Assembly (NCBI RefSeq): GCF_001194135.2 | Contig: NC_069004.1 | Span: 27,706,790-27,770,789, forward strand | Length of the DNA stretch: 64,000 bases | Reading direction: 5' to 3' | DNA from: Octopus bimaculoides | Taxonomy: Eukaryota | Translations under genes and position numbers: made by a program | The notes under the pieces: generated by a model | Seen by the model: only the letters and a program-made list of their open reading frames with translations | Databases searched by the model: none | Told to the model about the DNA's origin: nothing | In this document: positions 1 to 12,162 of the stretch, one piece after another | How the letters are laid out: each line of letters starts with the position of its first letter | Position numbering within the stretch: the stretch's first letter is position 1

Positions 1-577
1 TAGAAATGTTCACGATCACTGACAGAAATTTCCTTTCATAGCTGTATGTTGCCATGACCAAAATGATGATGATGATGATGATAATGCTGCTGTTACTAGC
101 GATGATGATGATTGTGGTGTTGGGGGTGGTGTGGTGGGTGATAGAATATCCCTTTCAAACAATAATATCACCTTACCTTATTAAATACATAAATATTACA
201 TTTGCTCACGATCACATTTGAACGACGAGATCATTAATCTAAATTAATTTTTTATAACCATAGTTAGGATTGAAAATTGTATTTCAGTTTCTTTAACCTA
301 ATTTTTCATCAAAAGCTGTGGTGGATATTATGTTGTTATTTTTTGTTTGTTTGTTTTCTTTTTTTGTTTTTTTTTTCCATTATTTTCTTTTTCATTTTGT
401 TGGTAGTTATTGAATAGATCTGCTAATATCATTAACCCTCTATTTGAAGATCAAGGCTTTTCTTCAATACCATTCTTTTAACAAAAAAAGTAAAATATAA
501 ACAAAAAAACACTAGTACCAGAATGTGTTGATATTAATAATTAACAAATTGATTTTTAGCAGTGAATAGGAAACATT

Positions 578-900
578 AGACATGGCTATGTGGTTAAGAA
601 GTCTACTTTCCAACCATGTGGTTGTAAGTTCAGTTCCACTGCACTGCACCTTGGGCAAGTGTCTTCTACTCTACTTTTGCTTGGAGTTAACCAAATCTTC
701 GTGAGTAGATTTGACTGATGGAAACTGAAAGAACATCATCATGTACATATATATATGCACAGCACCTTGGGTAAGTGTCTTCTCCTATAACCATGGCCCA
801 CCACTGCTTTGTGAGCAAATTTGGTCGTTAGAAACTGTGAGGAACCCCATTGTGTGTTGTGTCCACCGTATCTGCTTGACAACGAGTGATGGTTTGTTTA
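578..900 (+). mobile_element. tRNA-headed SINE family A, degenerate (head+core, then a second partial core)
   Basis: A-box-like GGCTATGTGGTTAAG, B-box-like GTTCAGTTCC, then GCACCTTGGGCAAGTGTCTTCT...GGAAACTGAAAGAA, which recurs many times in the window. Confidence 0.75.
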
Positions 901-1099
901 TATATATTTATATGGAATAGACTTTGCTAGAGGTATCCATGGGCCACGTGGTGGTGCTACTCAGCGATAGAATAATTTAGTTCACAACGTGATATAGTCT
1001 GTCAACAAATGCTTTTTTACCTGGTATGATTACCATATTTCTATAATTATAGATTTCTTACATTTTCATTCACTTTGGAAGAAAGGAGTGTGTCCTACT

Positions 1100-1480
1100 C
1101 GCAGAGCCTTCATAATTTTCATAAGACTGTAGTAATGGATGCTGTTGTATTCCTCTTCAACAAATATAAGTGATTATCTATAGAAAAAATATGAGCTGAG
1201 AGGAAATTGCAGAGGGATGACATTCTGGTGAGAAAGGATTGGGCACAGAGGTAAGCACATGAATTAGAAGTAAAGAGAGGGGTCAGTTTATTTACTATAG
1301 GAGGAGAGACAATTGAATTGGGTAGTCCTTGGTGAACATGGCATGAGACCAGACAAAGCTAAAGATAGTGTAATAGCAGTATAAGAGTCTGATTGAAGAA
1401 TCAGTATTCCTGTAGGCCAGAGGTTCAAGTATGTTTTGAAGTCTGAGATGAGAATGAATATCATTAAGAAAAAACATGGG
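1100..1480 (-). pseudogene. Decayed CR1/L2-group LINE reverse transcriptase, C-terminal fragment
   Basis: Minus strand reads LEPLAYRNTDSSIRLLYCYY then QSFLTRMSSLCNFLSAHIF...LLKRN. This resembles the LxPLxxRRxxxSLxLFYRYY...SFxxRTxxLWNSLP..FK C-terminus of CR1-group ORF2, with stops and frameshifts. Confidence 0.55.
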
Positions 1481-2887
1481 TTTTTGTTAAGGTCATATTC
1501 AAGATAAGTAATGTAAAATGACTACAGCCATAAATGCAAACTATGTTGTAAATTTGGTATGCCAAGAGCTTATCTCCACATTACAGTGTTAGAATGCTTC
1601 TATAAATAATGATTTTATTCTTTAAGCCATGTGATCTTCAAATTCAAAATTCCTATCAGATTTCTGAATCTAATTTAATTACCTTGCAGAAATATAGCGA
1701 ATGTTGTGTCTGAATATGTTAACAACCTCTCCTCTGATTTCTAAATCAGTAAAGAGTTCCATGGAATTTCACTTGTGATTCTTTTACATATAGAATGGCA
1801 GAATTTATATTAAAATTGACATCTAATTTTTAGTTTTGTTGACGAGTTTGTTTTTCTCTTTCTGTTTGATAATTTCTTGAGAGTTACATTTTTTTTTTTT
1901 ATCTCTCTTACATTTTTTTTTCCATGTGTGTGTGTGTTTTGTTTTGTTTTGTCTTAGTATCAGCTTCTCTTGTTATCATTATAGCCTCATATTAATTACA
2001 TTTTAGATAGATGCAGTAATATCTAACTTTATTATTCTAAATTATTGAAGCATGGAATAGGAAAACTACCATTTACGCTTTTTGATAGTTTGTACCAATT
2101 TATTTCACTTTGTAGCAAGAACTGTTCTATAATTGCTTTCAGTATATAATTTTATGGCATTAAATACATGATATCAGAGATTGTTCCTTGTTTCAAAACT
2201 TCATTTACATTAAATACAATGTTTTTTTTTTGTTTCTTTTTATTTGAAAATCAATACGTGGTGGGCAGATTGTCATGCTGTAATGGCAGCTAACCCTCTT
2301 TTCCAATATATCTTAAAGAACATATATTTCTTAATTTTTTTTTTCTATTCAAAACCGAAGGACTACTAGTTTGTTGAGTTCATGATCACTTATTGATTTC
2401 TGTTTTATTTCAGATATATTTCATTTTATTTAGGTTGCTTATGCCCCATGGGAAGGACATTTATGTTTCCAAAATGCATTCATTCCCCCTTCTTTCAAAA
2501 TCATTAGGATTAATCACCCCTTGATGTATACCACTGACTGTGAAAGTCTAGTAGTGATTGATTCTTTCTCATACATGTGTGTGTGTCAAATATTATATAA
2601 ATTGATTGAAGTCTTGCTGTTCTGACTACAAAAGCCTGAATCTTATGTACTCTCCAGTTAATATAACTATTTTCTGTACAATATAAATTTGTTCAGGTCT
2701 CAATGTTTTTATGACAAAGATGTAAAATATTAGTAATTGCTAAAGGCAGGTAGGAATGTAACATAAAAATCTTTTCAGTATCGTTTCAACCCACATTGTC
2801 AAGGGAAATAATATAACTTCTTGTGACTAAGGATAGTTTTATACTGTACAGGTTATGGCCAATTCTATGTATTACTCTTTATTTTTA

Positions 2888-3075
2888 CGGGCACTCCGTC
2901 AGTTACGACGATGAGTGTTCCAGGTTTATCTGATCAATGGAACAGCCTGCTCGTGAAATTAACATGCAAGTGGTTGAGCACTTCATGAACATGTGTGCTT
3001 TTAACATAGTTCTCAGCGAGATTCAGTGTGACCCAGAATGTGACAAAGCTGCCCCGTTAAATTACAGGTACAACT
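2888..3075 (-). mobile_element. SINE family E, 3' fragment
   Basis: GGCACTCCGTCAGTTACGACGATGAG...GTGACAAAGCTG matches the 3' half of the full copy at 48643-49026. Confidence 0.8.
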
Positions 3076-3095
3076 CTGGGAAATAGTAAGAGACA

Positions 3096-3548
3096 TAGGA
3101 GTAACTGTGGGGCTGAGAAATTTGCTTCCCAATCACATAGTTTAGGGTTCAGTCCCACTCTGTGACACATCAAACAAGTGCCTTCTTATATAGCCCTGAG
3201 ATGACCAAAGCTTTATGATTGGATTTGGTTGACAGAAACTGAAAGAAGTGTGTTATGTATGTATGTATGTACGCATATGTGTGTGAGCGTGTGTATGTCT
3301 GTGTCACCTTGTCTTGATGTGACACAATAGTTGTAAATGAGTGTTTTTGTTATATAAAGCAGTGTCATTTATTTCCAATATTCTGCAAAAACATACCTGG
3401 CTCTGGGGAAATATTACCATGCTTCGAAACAGGTAAGGGTTAACAACAAGAAGGGCATCCGAGGTAATCCAGCCCCCAAAAATCTGTTTCAATAAACTTC
3501 ATCCAAACCATCCAAGCATGAAAAAGCTGGACATTAAAATGATGAATG
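3096..3548 (+). mobile_element. Composite SINE (family D): family A head/core, then a tail ending in RTE-like AAGGGCATCC...TAAAATGATGAATGAT
   Basis: tRNA-like head and core as in family A, internal (TATG)n/(TG)n, then a tail also seen on the minus strand at 4775-4945 and 26130-26370. Confidence 0.75.
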
Positions 3549-4454
3549 ATGACTTTCTGATTTGAATTAGTAATGTTGTTGCTCCCAAGAAACATGACAC
3601 CAGCTACACTAGCAGCATTTAACATCAGCTTTTCCATGTAGGCATTGGTTGCACAGAACTTCTGGTGCAGTATTTTCCAGCTGAATGTCCTTTATAGAGC
3701 CAATCCTATTAATCATATCTCATGACAGACAGACATGTGGAATACATAATTCAAAACTGGTACACACATAACAACCAAGAAACATTACGCAAGAGAAACC
3801 GAATGAAATTTTTACTGCTAATACTCTTCTTACAGCTGTTTATTATTACCACTGGATGAACTGACTTCATAGCTTCAATGTGGTCAGTTGATCTGCATGA
3901 AATAGTAGCAAAATCTCCTTCATAATGTTATACTATCTCAGTTTGGATATGTGACTGCTGGAACACTTTTGATTATAGTTCTGCTTGATTGGTGTTGGTC
4001 TGCAATTGAGCGACACCTAACTGTGGAGTTTTGAACATTGGAGCTACATACAAAGTTGGCAAGGCAAGACATAGCTGTAGAACTGAATAATTTAACTTAT
4101 TTTGCTAAGCTTCAAATTCGAGTAAGAAATGGAAGCGAAAAGGAGCCCAGCAGAGAACCAGGGAGGTAATAATCTCTATTAAGTTGACATTCTCCATTAA
4201 AGCACCCTGTACCACCATGGTTTCAACATGTTGAATTTTAAAATCCCTTACTTGAAACACAGGTAAAGGTTAGCAACAGGAAGGGCACTTGGCTTTAAAA
4301 CATCTCAGTAAATTTTCATCTAACTCATGCTTGCATGGAAAAATAGATGTAAAACAAATTAATGAACAAGCACAGTACTCAATAATACAGTGTACAATAT
4401 ACACATGCACACATTCACGCATTGGTTCCAAATTTTGGAATGAGGCCTCCAATT

Positions 4455-4600
4455 TTGAGGGAGATAGGTAAATCACATCAACCCCAGTGTTCAACTGGTA
4501 CTTATTTTTATTGACCCTGAATGGTATTGAGCCTGAAAATGCTTTATACTGAGTGACATGAGTATGCAAGATTATTTTTATATCCACTGAGTATTCTTCC
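4455..4600 (-). mobile_element. SINE family B fragment
   Basis: CCCCAGTGTTCAACTGGTACTTATTTTATTGACCC is the reverse complement of the family B central domain. Confidence 0.7.
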
Positions 4601-4774
4601 AGTGAATCCTGGGTACAACTTTGAACATAAGTGCAGCAACACAGTAGATGCATTTAGTTTTTTGCTCACTGTTTCCACTTTCCTATTGAGAGAAATGATA
4701 GACTGGTGCATACGATATGATTATAAATTACAAATCATCCACACCATTTTAGCATCCACTTTTCCATACTTGTA

Positions 4775-4945
4775 TGGGTCAGACAGAAGCAGATTTTCTG
4801 TGGCCAGATGAACTTCCTGTTGTCCACTCATATCAGTTTGCAAGAAAGGTGATATTTGCCCTGGGCAAACATGTTTTCACAAATATTGGAAATAAATGAC
4901 AGTGCACGTATGACATTGACACCCATTTGCAGCTATCATGCAGTG
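4775..4945 (-). mobile_element. SINE family D tail fragment
   Basis: CATCCACTTTTCCATACTTGTATGGGTCAGACAGAAG...; reverse complement of the tail at 3300-3548. Confidence 0.7.
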
Positions 4946-6192
4946 TCATGAGAAGGAGACACCGGAACACAGTGATACAAGAGGTATACCATCGTTAAAA
5001 AGAAAAGAAAAAAATATGAGAGGATAAGCATAATAGCAAAGTTGGTCACTTTTCTGGTTTTCATGCACCAGAGGATGAAGAACCCTAACAACTGGTGATG
5101 TACTGGGATCCATCCAACCCATAACCTCGTGGCAGAATAAGCATAAGAATGACAATGGTGATGATGATGATGATGATGATGATCATCATCATCATCGTGA
5201 CTATATTCCTGTAGGGCAGTGTACAGTGTTTTTTCATTTGCTATTCTCAAGAATTTTCTGAGCTGGTGTACTGTCACTAAAATGGGGTTAGAACAACTAC
5301 CATCAAAAGTTAAATCACAAGAACCTAATTATTGCAAGAATAGAAACAATACAGTTTGAATGCCATGTAATGTATATGGCATTCGTGTTCTGTAAGTATT
5401 GTATGCAAGTAGATGCACGTATCTCTACATTGAAAGAATCAAGCCATGCTACGAGAGGAAAAGTGTTGTGGGGGGGATACTTCTGGTTGCTGATAATTAT
5501 TTTAACTTCCTATCTTAAGGGAACTGATTTAATCAGCTTAGTCTCATAGGTTGACATGTTATAATTACTAATTCTGGTTGCATACAGTATCACCGCCACT
5601 GGCAACAGTTGTTGCAATACTCACAATGTCTTGGGTAATAGAGGCCAAGAATAATGGCATTTTATTCATCTTGACTTTAACAACAGCTTACATTAGCTTT
5701 GAGTATCGCATCTTCTCGTGTTTGCCTATATTATTTTCAAATTTCACAGAAACTTTCTCGATACAGTGCTAGGCAGGCATGCTATTATATTTCTTTCAAC
5801 GTCGTTCTCCATTGAGTCTTGTACAAGAATGGGATTGTGAATATATTGCTATCTTTCAATTAGTTTTATTGAATGGATGCCTTGTAGCTTGTAGTAAGTA
5901 ATAATGGTGAACTTCAAGTGCTCTAATCACTACTGAATTAACTATTAGAAAACCAGCTAGGTAACAAAGTAAGTAATTACAGATTATTTGAGATTAATAC
6001 AGTCATCAGGGTTAATTTCTTGGAGCAGAATGAAACACTTAAAGTATCTATTTCTTCACCTTTATCCTTATTTATTTGTGTGTGACAGATGAGCTGAATG
6101 GTTTTTTTTAATATGTTTCTAACCTTGACATATTTACATTAGCTGTGGTCCAACAATTATGAACTGTGGAGATGATTATTCTCTAGTAATAT

Positions 6193-6259
<67 letters not shown>

Positions 6260-6449
6260 AAAGATAATAAGAGTGAAAAAACTACAGAAGGCTTGTGTTA
6301 CATGGTTAAAGTATATATTTAAATTATGTCAGAAAAATGTTAGAAAAATGTTATAATCTTTTTGGTATATAAACATTGTATTTTGAGAAATAACCAGTTT
6401 CGTGTTGTCTTTTCAAATTTCTCTACTTCATTGTGTCGTGTTCGTTCCA

Positions 6450-6483
<34 letters not shown>

Positions 6484-6694
6484 ATACACACATACATATA
6501 TGTATATGTGCTGTCATTTGATGTCACTGCTGAGGTAACACAGTAACACACAAAGACATGCTGAAGTACAGATCTAAAAAACATAAGCAAATGCACTTTA
6601 AAGCAATGATCATAACTTGTAATTATTATATATCTAACTTCTTTCTCGTTCTCTCTCTCTCTCTGTCTCTCTGAAGATACACACACACAGATAC

Positions 6695-6741
<47 letters not shown>

Positions 6742-7343
6742 AAGATACAGAATAGGAAGGGTTTAAGCCACTGATGATCTAAACTAATAGGTACACTGTG
6801 TGAGTGCTGCAATTCGTAGACCACTAGGATCCAAGTTCACAATGGGGGTCGGAGCTAGAGATCCGCAGCCTACTTCTGAGTCTGGGCATAGATTAAAGGA
6901 AGAGGAAAAGAAAACCAAAGGCAGGACAAGTTTATCGGATTATTTAAAAGATTGGATTGATGTATTCCGTCATCAGAGATAAGGTATATATATATATATA
7001 TATATATGCAGGAAACGTCTGTCGTCTATGTGGAGATAGAAAATTTGATGTAGAGGAAAGTTTGAAGTTCAAGATTTGTAGTTCATCCTGTTTCAAAGTG
7101 TGTATGTGTATGTATGGAATTTTTATTTATTAGTCCCAAAGTTCTCTACTCCAGAGCAGAGCTTAAATATCAATCATATTTACCTCACCACTGTGTGTGT
7201 GTGTGTATATTTATGATATATATACACACACACATACTAGACTTTCTTACACATGATATTCAGTTAAGATTCGAAACACGTGTTTGGAGCAAGCTGATAC
7301 TAAATTTTAATGTTAGTATTCATACTTTTTATTGTATTTTTGC

Positions 7344-7387
<44 letters not shown>

Positions 7388-7389
7388 AT

Positions 7390-7611
7390 GTAGAGGCGTG
7401 TGGCTTAGTGGTTAGGGTGTCAGCACCATGATCGTAACATTGTGGTTTCGATTCCTGGACCGGGTGATGCATTGTGTTCTTGAGCAAAACACTTCATTTC
7501 ACATTGCTCCAGTCCACTCAGCTGACAAAAATGAGTAATGCTGCGATGGACTGGCATCCCGTTCAGCTGGGGAACACACACGCCATTGAAACCGGGAAAC
7601 CAGGCCCATGA
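7390..7611 (+). mobile_element. tRNA-headed SINE family C with CORE-like and V-domain-like segments, cut by a gap
   Basis: A box GGCTTAGTGGTTAGG, B box GTTTCGATTCC, CORE-like TGTGTTCTTGAGCAAAACACTT...CTCAGCTGACAAAAATGAG, then GCGATGGACTGGCATCCCGTTCAG. Domain names come from my recall of SINE superfamilies. Confidence 0.8.
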
Positions 7612-8481
7612 NNNNNNNNNNATATATATATATATATACATATACACACATGAATGTCTGCATGTATATTAGATTCATTACAAGATGTTCCCAGTTATCA
7701 ATGTTGATTTAAGCTTTTGTTTTTGTGTCATTGTCAAGTCAACCTTTATTTTTGCAGTTCAAATGTGACAAATAACTTCTGCGGAAGAAAACTACCAGCA
7801 AAAAGATTATCTGTCAACTGATCACTGAAAAAAAAAAACTTTGTTAACCCATCGAAGTTAGTTAAACTTGCAAAACATTGCAATCATTCTAAATAATAGA
7901 ATGTTTTGCAATTTTAATTGAGCTTAAATATGTACTTTGGAAATCTTTTATTCCAATGCATCTTCAAGATAACGGTAGGCGTATTGTGTGTTTTAGTTAT
8001 AAAGTTTGCTTTTTGGTGACTGACTGCAAGTTAGTCATTAATCTTTATTGATTTAAAGCTTTGGGTTTCTCTTTTATTTTTATTTATATTTATCCATTGC
8101 TTCTTGACCGTCATGTAGAATTTTGATTTAAATATTGATCGTCAGAGTATTATGTGTGTGTATATATGTGTGTATATGTGACTGTTATATTAGATTGAAA
8201 TTCGTTGTTTGTACATCATTTTATGTTGTATCAATAATCATCTATGACTACAGAATGTGTGTGTGTGGGGGGGGGGCGAGGGTTTATGTGGGCGTGCGTT
8301 TTCTTTTACATGAGGTATCTCTGCATGTATCCACATGTATCATGATATAAACGATAAAGATAGTTTTTCATTATAAATGTATGCTCATATGGATATTAAA
8401 CGTGACATCAAATGCGTGAATGCTTTGAGTAATATCCACCCATACATTTACGTATGTGTGTTGTGTGTGCACATGTTAGTA

Positions 8482-8514
<33 letters not shown>

Positions 8515-9584
8515 GTCTGTCTGCATCTGCAACTATGTATACATATGTGTATGTATATGTGTAAGTTTTAATGTGTATGTGTATATATATCTATGTACAC
8601 TTACATGCACACAGAATGCAGACCTTAAATGATGATCATCTGTAAAGCCAATGTATGCCCAATATCTAAATACAGATTGTACATAAACTGTTTTGGCACA
8701 TGCAGATATCATATAAAGCATATTTTCGAATATAGAAATTAACCGCTATAGTGTTGCATTTGTCCCTCAGATGGAAATTATATAGATTATTATATATTGA
8801 TATTTATATTACTTGCATATGTCACTATTGCATAACATAGTCAACGTATCTCCTACTTGAAAGAAAAAAAAATTACAAATGTGTATTCATCAGTCTGACT
8901 GAACCTCAAAATCAATTTAAAAAAAAAAGAATTTTTTTTTTTTATAGCAAAACTATTTTACCTGCATTGTACTTGCTACATTTACATTGTCATTCAATTT
9001 GAAACGCTTACAGTAACAGCTGTTTTTTCAAGCAGGTAACCTGACTGAGGTAAGCATATAATTCTCTCAGCTGTGAGGAATGGCAATGCAATGATAGGTA
9101 ACATTTGAATTTATGATTTTTCTCTGTTGTTTAGCATTTTTAACTGAAAGCCCACTAAGCCACTTGTATGTATACATATATATATATATATTTGAGGTGT
9201 GCATTCTTTTACTCTTTTATTAGATTCTGTATTTGAATGTAGCCATCACCATGAAGGTTTTGTTTCTTTCTTTTCATCTAGGTCCTATTGAACCCCAATA
9301 CATGTATATGTATTATTGTGTTTTATTGTACTTTGTTTGTGAAATGACTAAATTGTAGGGCACACACAATTCAATATAAACAATAACACTGGTGTAAGCA
9401 TACACAACCATACACACACTTCAGCATAGTTTCCACCTACTTAATTCTACTCTACAACTAGGCCTATAGAAGACTCTTACCCATATTAGACTTGAAATCA
9501 GGCAGTTCCAAAGTAAACTTTTTTGCCATATAGCTATGTTTGTAGCTATTGTGTATGTATGTGTGTTTACACAGACACATTATT

Positions 9585-9591
9585 CGCGCGC

Positions 9592-9622
<31 letters not shown>

Positions 9623-9628
9623 TGTGTG
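9585..9628. repeat. (CG)11(TG)11 alternating purine-pyrimidine tract
   Basis: Read directly: CG repeats at 9585-9606, TG repeats at 9607-9628. Confidence 0.95.
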
Positions 9629-9741
9629 AATTTGTTGATAATATCATGTAAGACTTTCTGTGTTATTGTGCACACTTCGTAACTGTTCCACTTATGATGT
9701 AGCAGTATATATTAATGTGTCGTGTGTGTAGGTGAATATAG

Positions 9742-10670
9742 ATTGGGTAATCCCATAAATAATGTGGGTTTTTTTATTCTTCTTTTATTTTTCAAAATTC
9801 AGATAAACAAAGTTCTTTTCTAATCTAAAATATACTCTCCTTTATTTTCTACAATGCTGTCCCATCTATCTGGTAGACTTGCAAGGCCCCTTTTCCAAAA
9901 TTCAATCTGTGATAAAAAATACTCCTCCAGTACTGTTCTGACCTCATCTACAGAATTCATATTTTTTCCGTGCAAATGATTTTGAAGACTGCAGAATAAA
10001 TGATAATTATATGGGGCAATGTCTCAGCAAATATGGTGGGTGGGGCATCTTCAACCTTTGGAATGTTATCCTTGCTGTATGTGGCTGAGCATTATCCTGA
10101 TGGAAGAACACCTTTCATCTTGAAACCAAAGAGGAAATAGAAGCAGTTCAGAACTGTAAACAGCGGTGATATTCTATAGAGTCAATACTTGCATTGCTGA
10201 GCTTATATATTCTCTATGAGGCAAAATCTGAATTAAACCGATTTTCTTGTACCATCTACAGGAGGGTGGGGGATTTTCCTTCTAGTGTTGACTTAAGCCG
10301 CTCAAGTTGCTTGCAGTGGATCTCCTTTGTTATCGTTTGGTTTGGGTTTAAAAGTTCAAAGTGGACTAAACCTTTCATATCTCACCAAACAGATAACAAC
10401 ACCTTATGTGGGGAAGACCCTCTTTAGCGTGGGGTGCCAGTGTTTCTTCTTTCCCTACCCACTGTCTTTGGCACTTGACATTTTTATAGAGAAAGCATTT
10501 CTCATCACCAGTCACCGTTCAATCCAAAAAAGATTCATTCGTGAGATGTGACAGCAAAGAAGAGAACACATTCACTCTCAGTACGTGATTAGACTCGGAA
10601 AGATTGTGAAGAATCCATTGACCCAATTTGCTGACTTTTTCTGATGGTATGCAGGTGTTGATGAATGGTT
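9742..10670 (-). mobile_element. Decayed mariner (DD34D-type) transposon, 3' two-thirds with one TIR
   Basis: Minus strand: KVSKLGQWILHNLSE (WVPHEL), VTGDEKC (TGDEKW), KVLLSVW*DMKGLVHFELL, FHQDNAQPHT, HPPY..DIAPYNYHLF (HPPYSPDLAPSDYHLF) and LPDRWDSIVENKGEYILD*, with the stop at 9820-9822. A mariner-type TIR ATTGGGTAATCCCATAAATAATGTGGGTTTTT starts near 9742. Several stops and frameshifts. Confidence 0.93.
10131..10278 (+). repeat. 148-bp exact copy of 11148-11295 inserted into the mariner transposase
   Basis: Base-by-base identical to 11148-11295. It interrupts the transposase between LEGK and LVSR. Confidence 0.95.
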
Positions 10671-10764
10671 GAAGACACTTGCCCAAGGTGCCACACAGTG
10701 GGACTGAACCAAGAACCATGTGGTTGGTAAGCAAGCTACTTACCACACAGCCACTCCTGCACCT
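10671..10764 (-). mobile_element. SINE family A head; the mariner homology ends here
   Basis: AAGACACTTGCCCAAGGTGCCACACAGTGGGACTGAACC...CCACACAGCCACTCCTG. Confidence 0.85.
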
Positions 10765-10899
10765 ATGTATGTATATGTATATTGTTATTGTAAAATGATA
10801 TATTCATGCCTGGCTGTTATAATGTTATTTTATGCATACTTCATTGTTATGATGTCAAGTTGTATACATACGTTGCTACTATGACATAAAATATTACTT

Positions 10900-11110
10900 T
10901 CTAATTTTGACACAAGGCCAGCAGGTTTAGGAGAAGGGGTAAGTTGATGATGTCACCCCCCCCCCCCCCAGTGTTCAACTTGTACTTAGTTTGACACAGA
11001 AAGAATTGAAAGGCAAAGTCACCCCAAGTGGCATTTGAACTCAGAACATGAAGTTGGAAGAAATGCCTCTAAGCATTTTCCCCGGCATGGTGATGACCCT
11101 GCCAGTTCAT
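10900..11110 (-). mobile_element. SINE family B
   Basis: CACAAGGCC...CCCCAGTGTTCAACTTGTACTT...GAAAGGCAAAGTC...TTTGAACTCAGAAC...CTAAGCATTTT. Confidence 0.75.
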
Positions 11111-11147
11111 TGCCCTCTGACACAACAAGACGTTATGTAGGTCCCTT

Positions 11148-11295
11148 GAGGAAATAGAAGCAGTTCAGAACTGTAAACAGCGGTGATATTCTATAGAGTC
11201 AATACTTGCATTGCTGAGCTTATATATTCTCTATGAGGCAAAATCTGAATTAAACCGATTTTCTTGTACCATCTACAGGAGGGTGGGGGATTTTC
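11148..11295 (+). repeat. Probable donor copy of the 148-bp duplication
   Basis: Identical to 10131-10278 and continuous with non-repetitive flanking sequence on its right side. Confidence 0.9.
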
Positions 11296-11864
11296 AATTA
11301 CATACCTTCTTGGAACTACTCAGAATTCATTCTAACACACTACAATATCATCTGCTAATGGCACCAGAAAAAGAGAGAGAGAAGAAAAGGTGTCGGTGGG
11401 AGTTTAGACAAAGATCGAAGTTGATTTCTTTCTCTTCTCCGCTTCTCACACCTCCTGGAAAAAAATTTTTTTTTCTTTTTGTTAAAAGGAATGACTTTCC
11501 AGTTGCATATAATTGAATTTTTCTTCTTCGTTACACTATTATTCATGACCAGACTAATGATCAATTAGCACTTGTGTCATATCATGCGTTGCACATAGTA
11601 TTGTGTGTCTTGATGTAAAGTCATTGCATTCTACCTGCCCATGTACAACCTGACTTTACAATACAATGACAAAATCAGAAAAAAAGTAGATTAAAGATAA
11701 ATTAGAAAATGGATTTAAAGACCAGGCATCATAATGCTGGAAATATATTGGCATTACACTAACCATCTTGTCAGATAGGGAGGGTGAGATAGAAATACTT
11801 GTGAAAATCTGACTTATTTTCATTTCAATGGGATCTCATATATATATAATTTTTTTTATTTCTT

Positions 11865-12081
11865 ACTTGTTTCAGTTGTTAGACTGTGGCTATACTGTAT
11901 CACCAGCTTGAAGAATTTTCAGTTGAATGGATTGGTCCCAGTACTAATTTCTTTTAATCTTCGTACTTATTCCATCGATCTCTTATGTCAAACAACTGAA
12001 ACCAAGTTACAAGGACGTAAACACACTAACACAGGTTGTCAAGCAGTGGTGGGGATCAAGCACAGATGCAAAGACACACAC

Positions 12082-12120
<39 letters not shown>

Positions 12121-12130
12121 NNNNNNNNNN

Positions 12131-12162
<32 letters not shown>

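Noticed and set aside
4936-5277. ORF with a poly-Asp/poly-His run
   Set aside because: Translation of a (GAT)n(CAT)n microsatellite; no splice context or recognisable domain.
6385-6440. Hammerhead-like GAAACTGGTT on the minus strand
   Set aside because: The near-palindrome is present, but there is no recognisable CUGANGA or stem I pairing.
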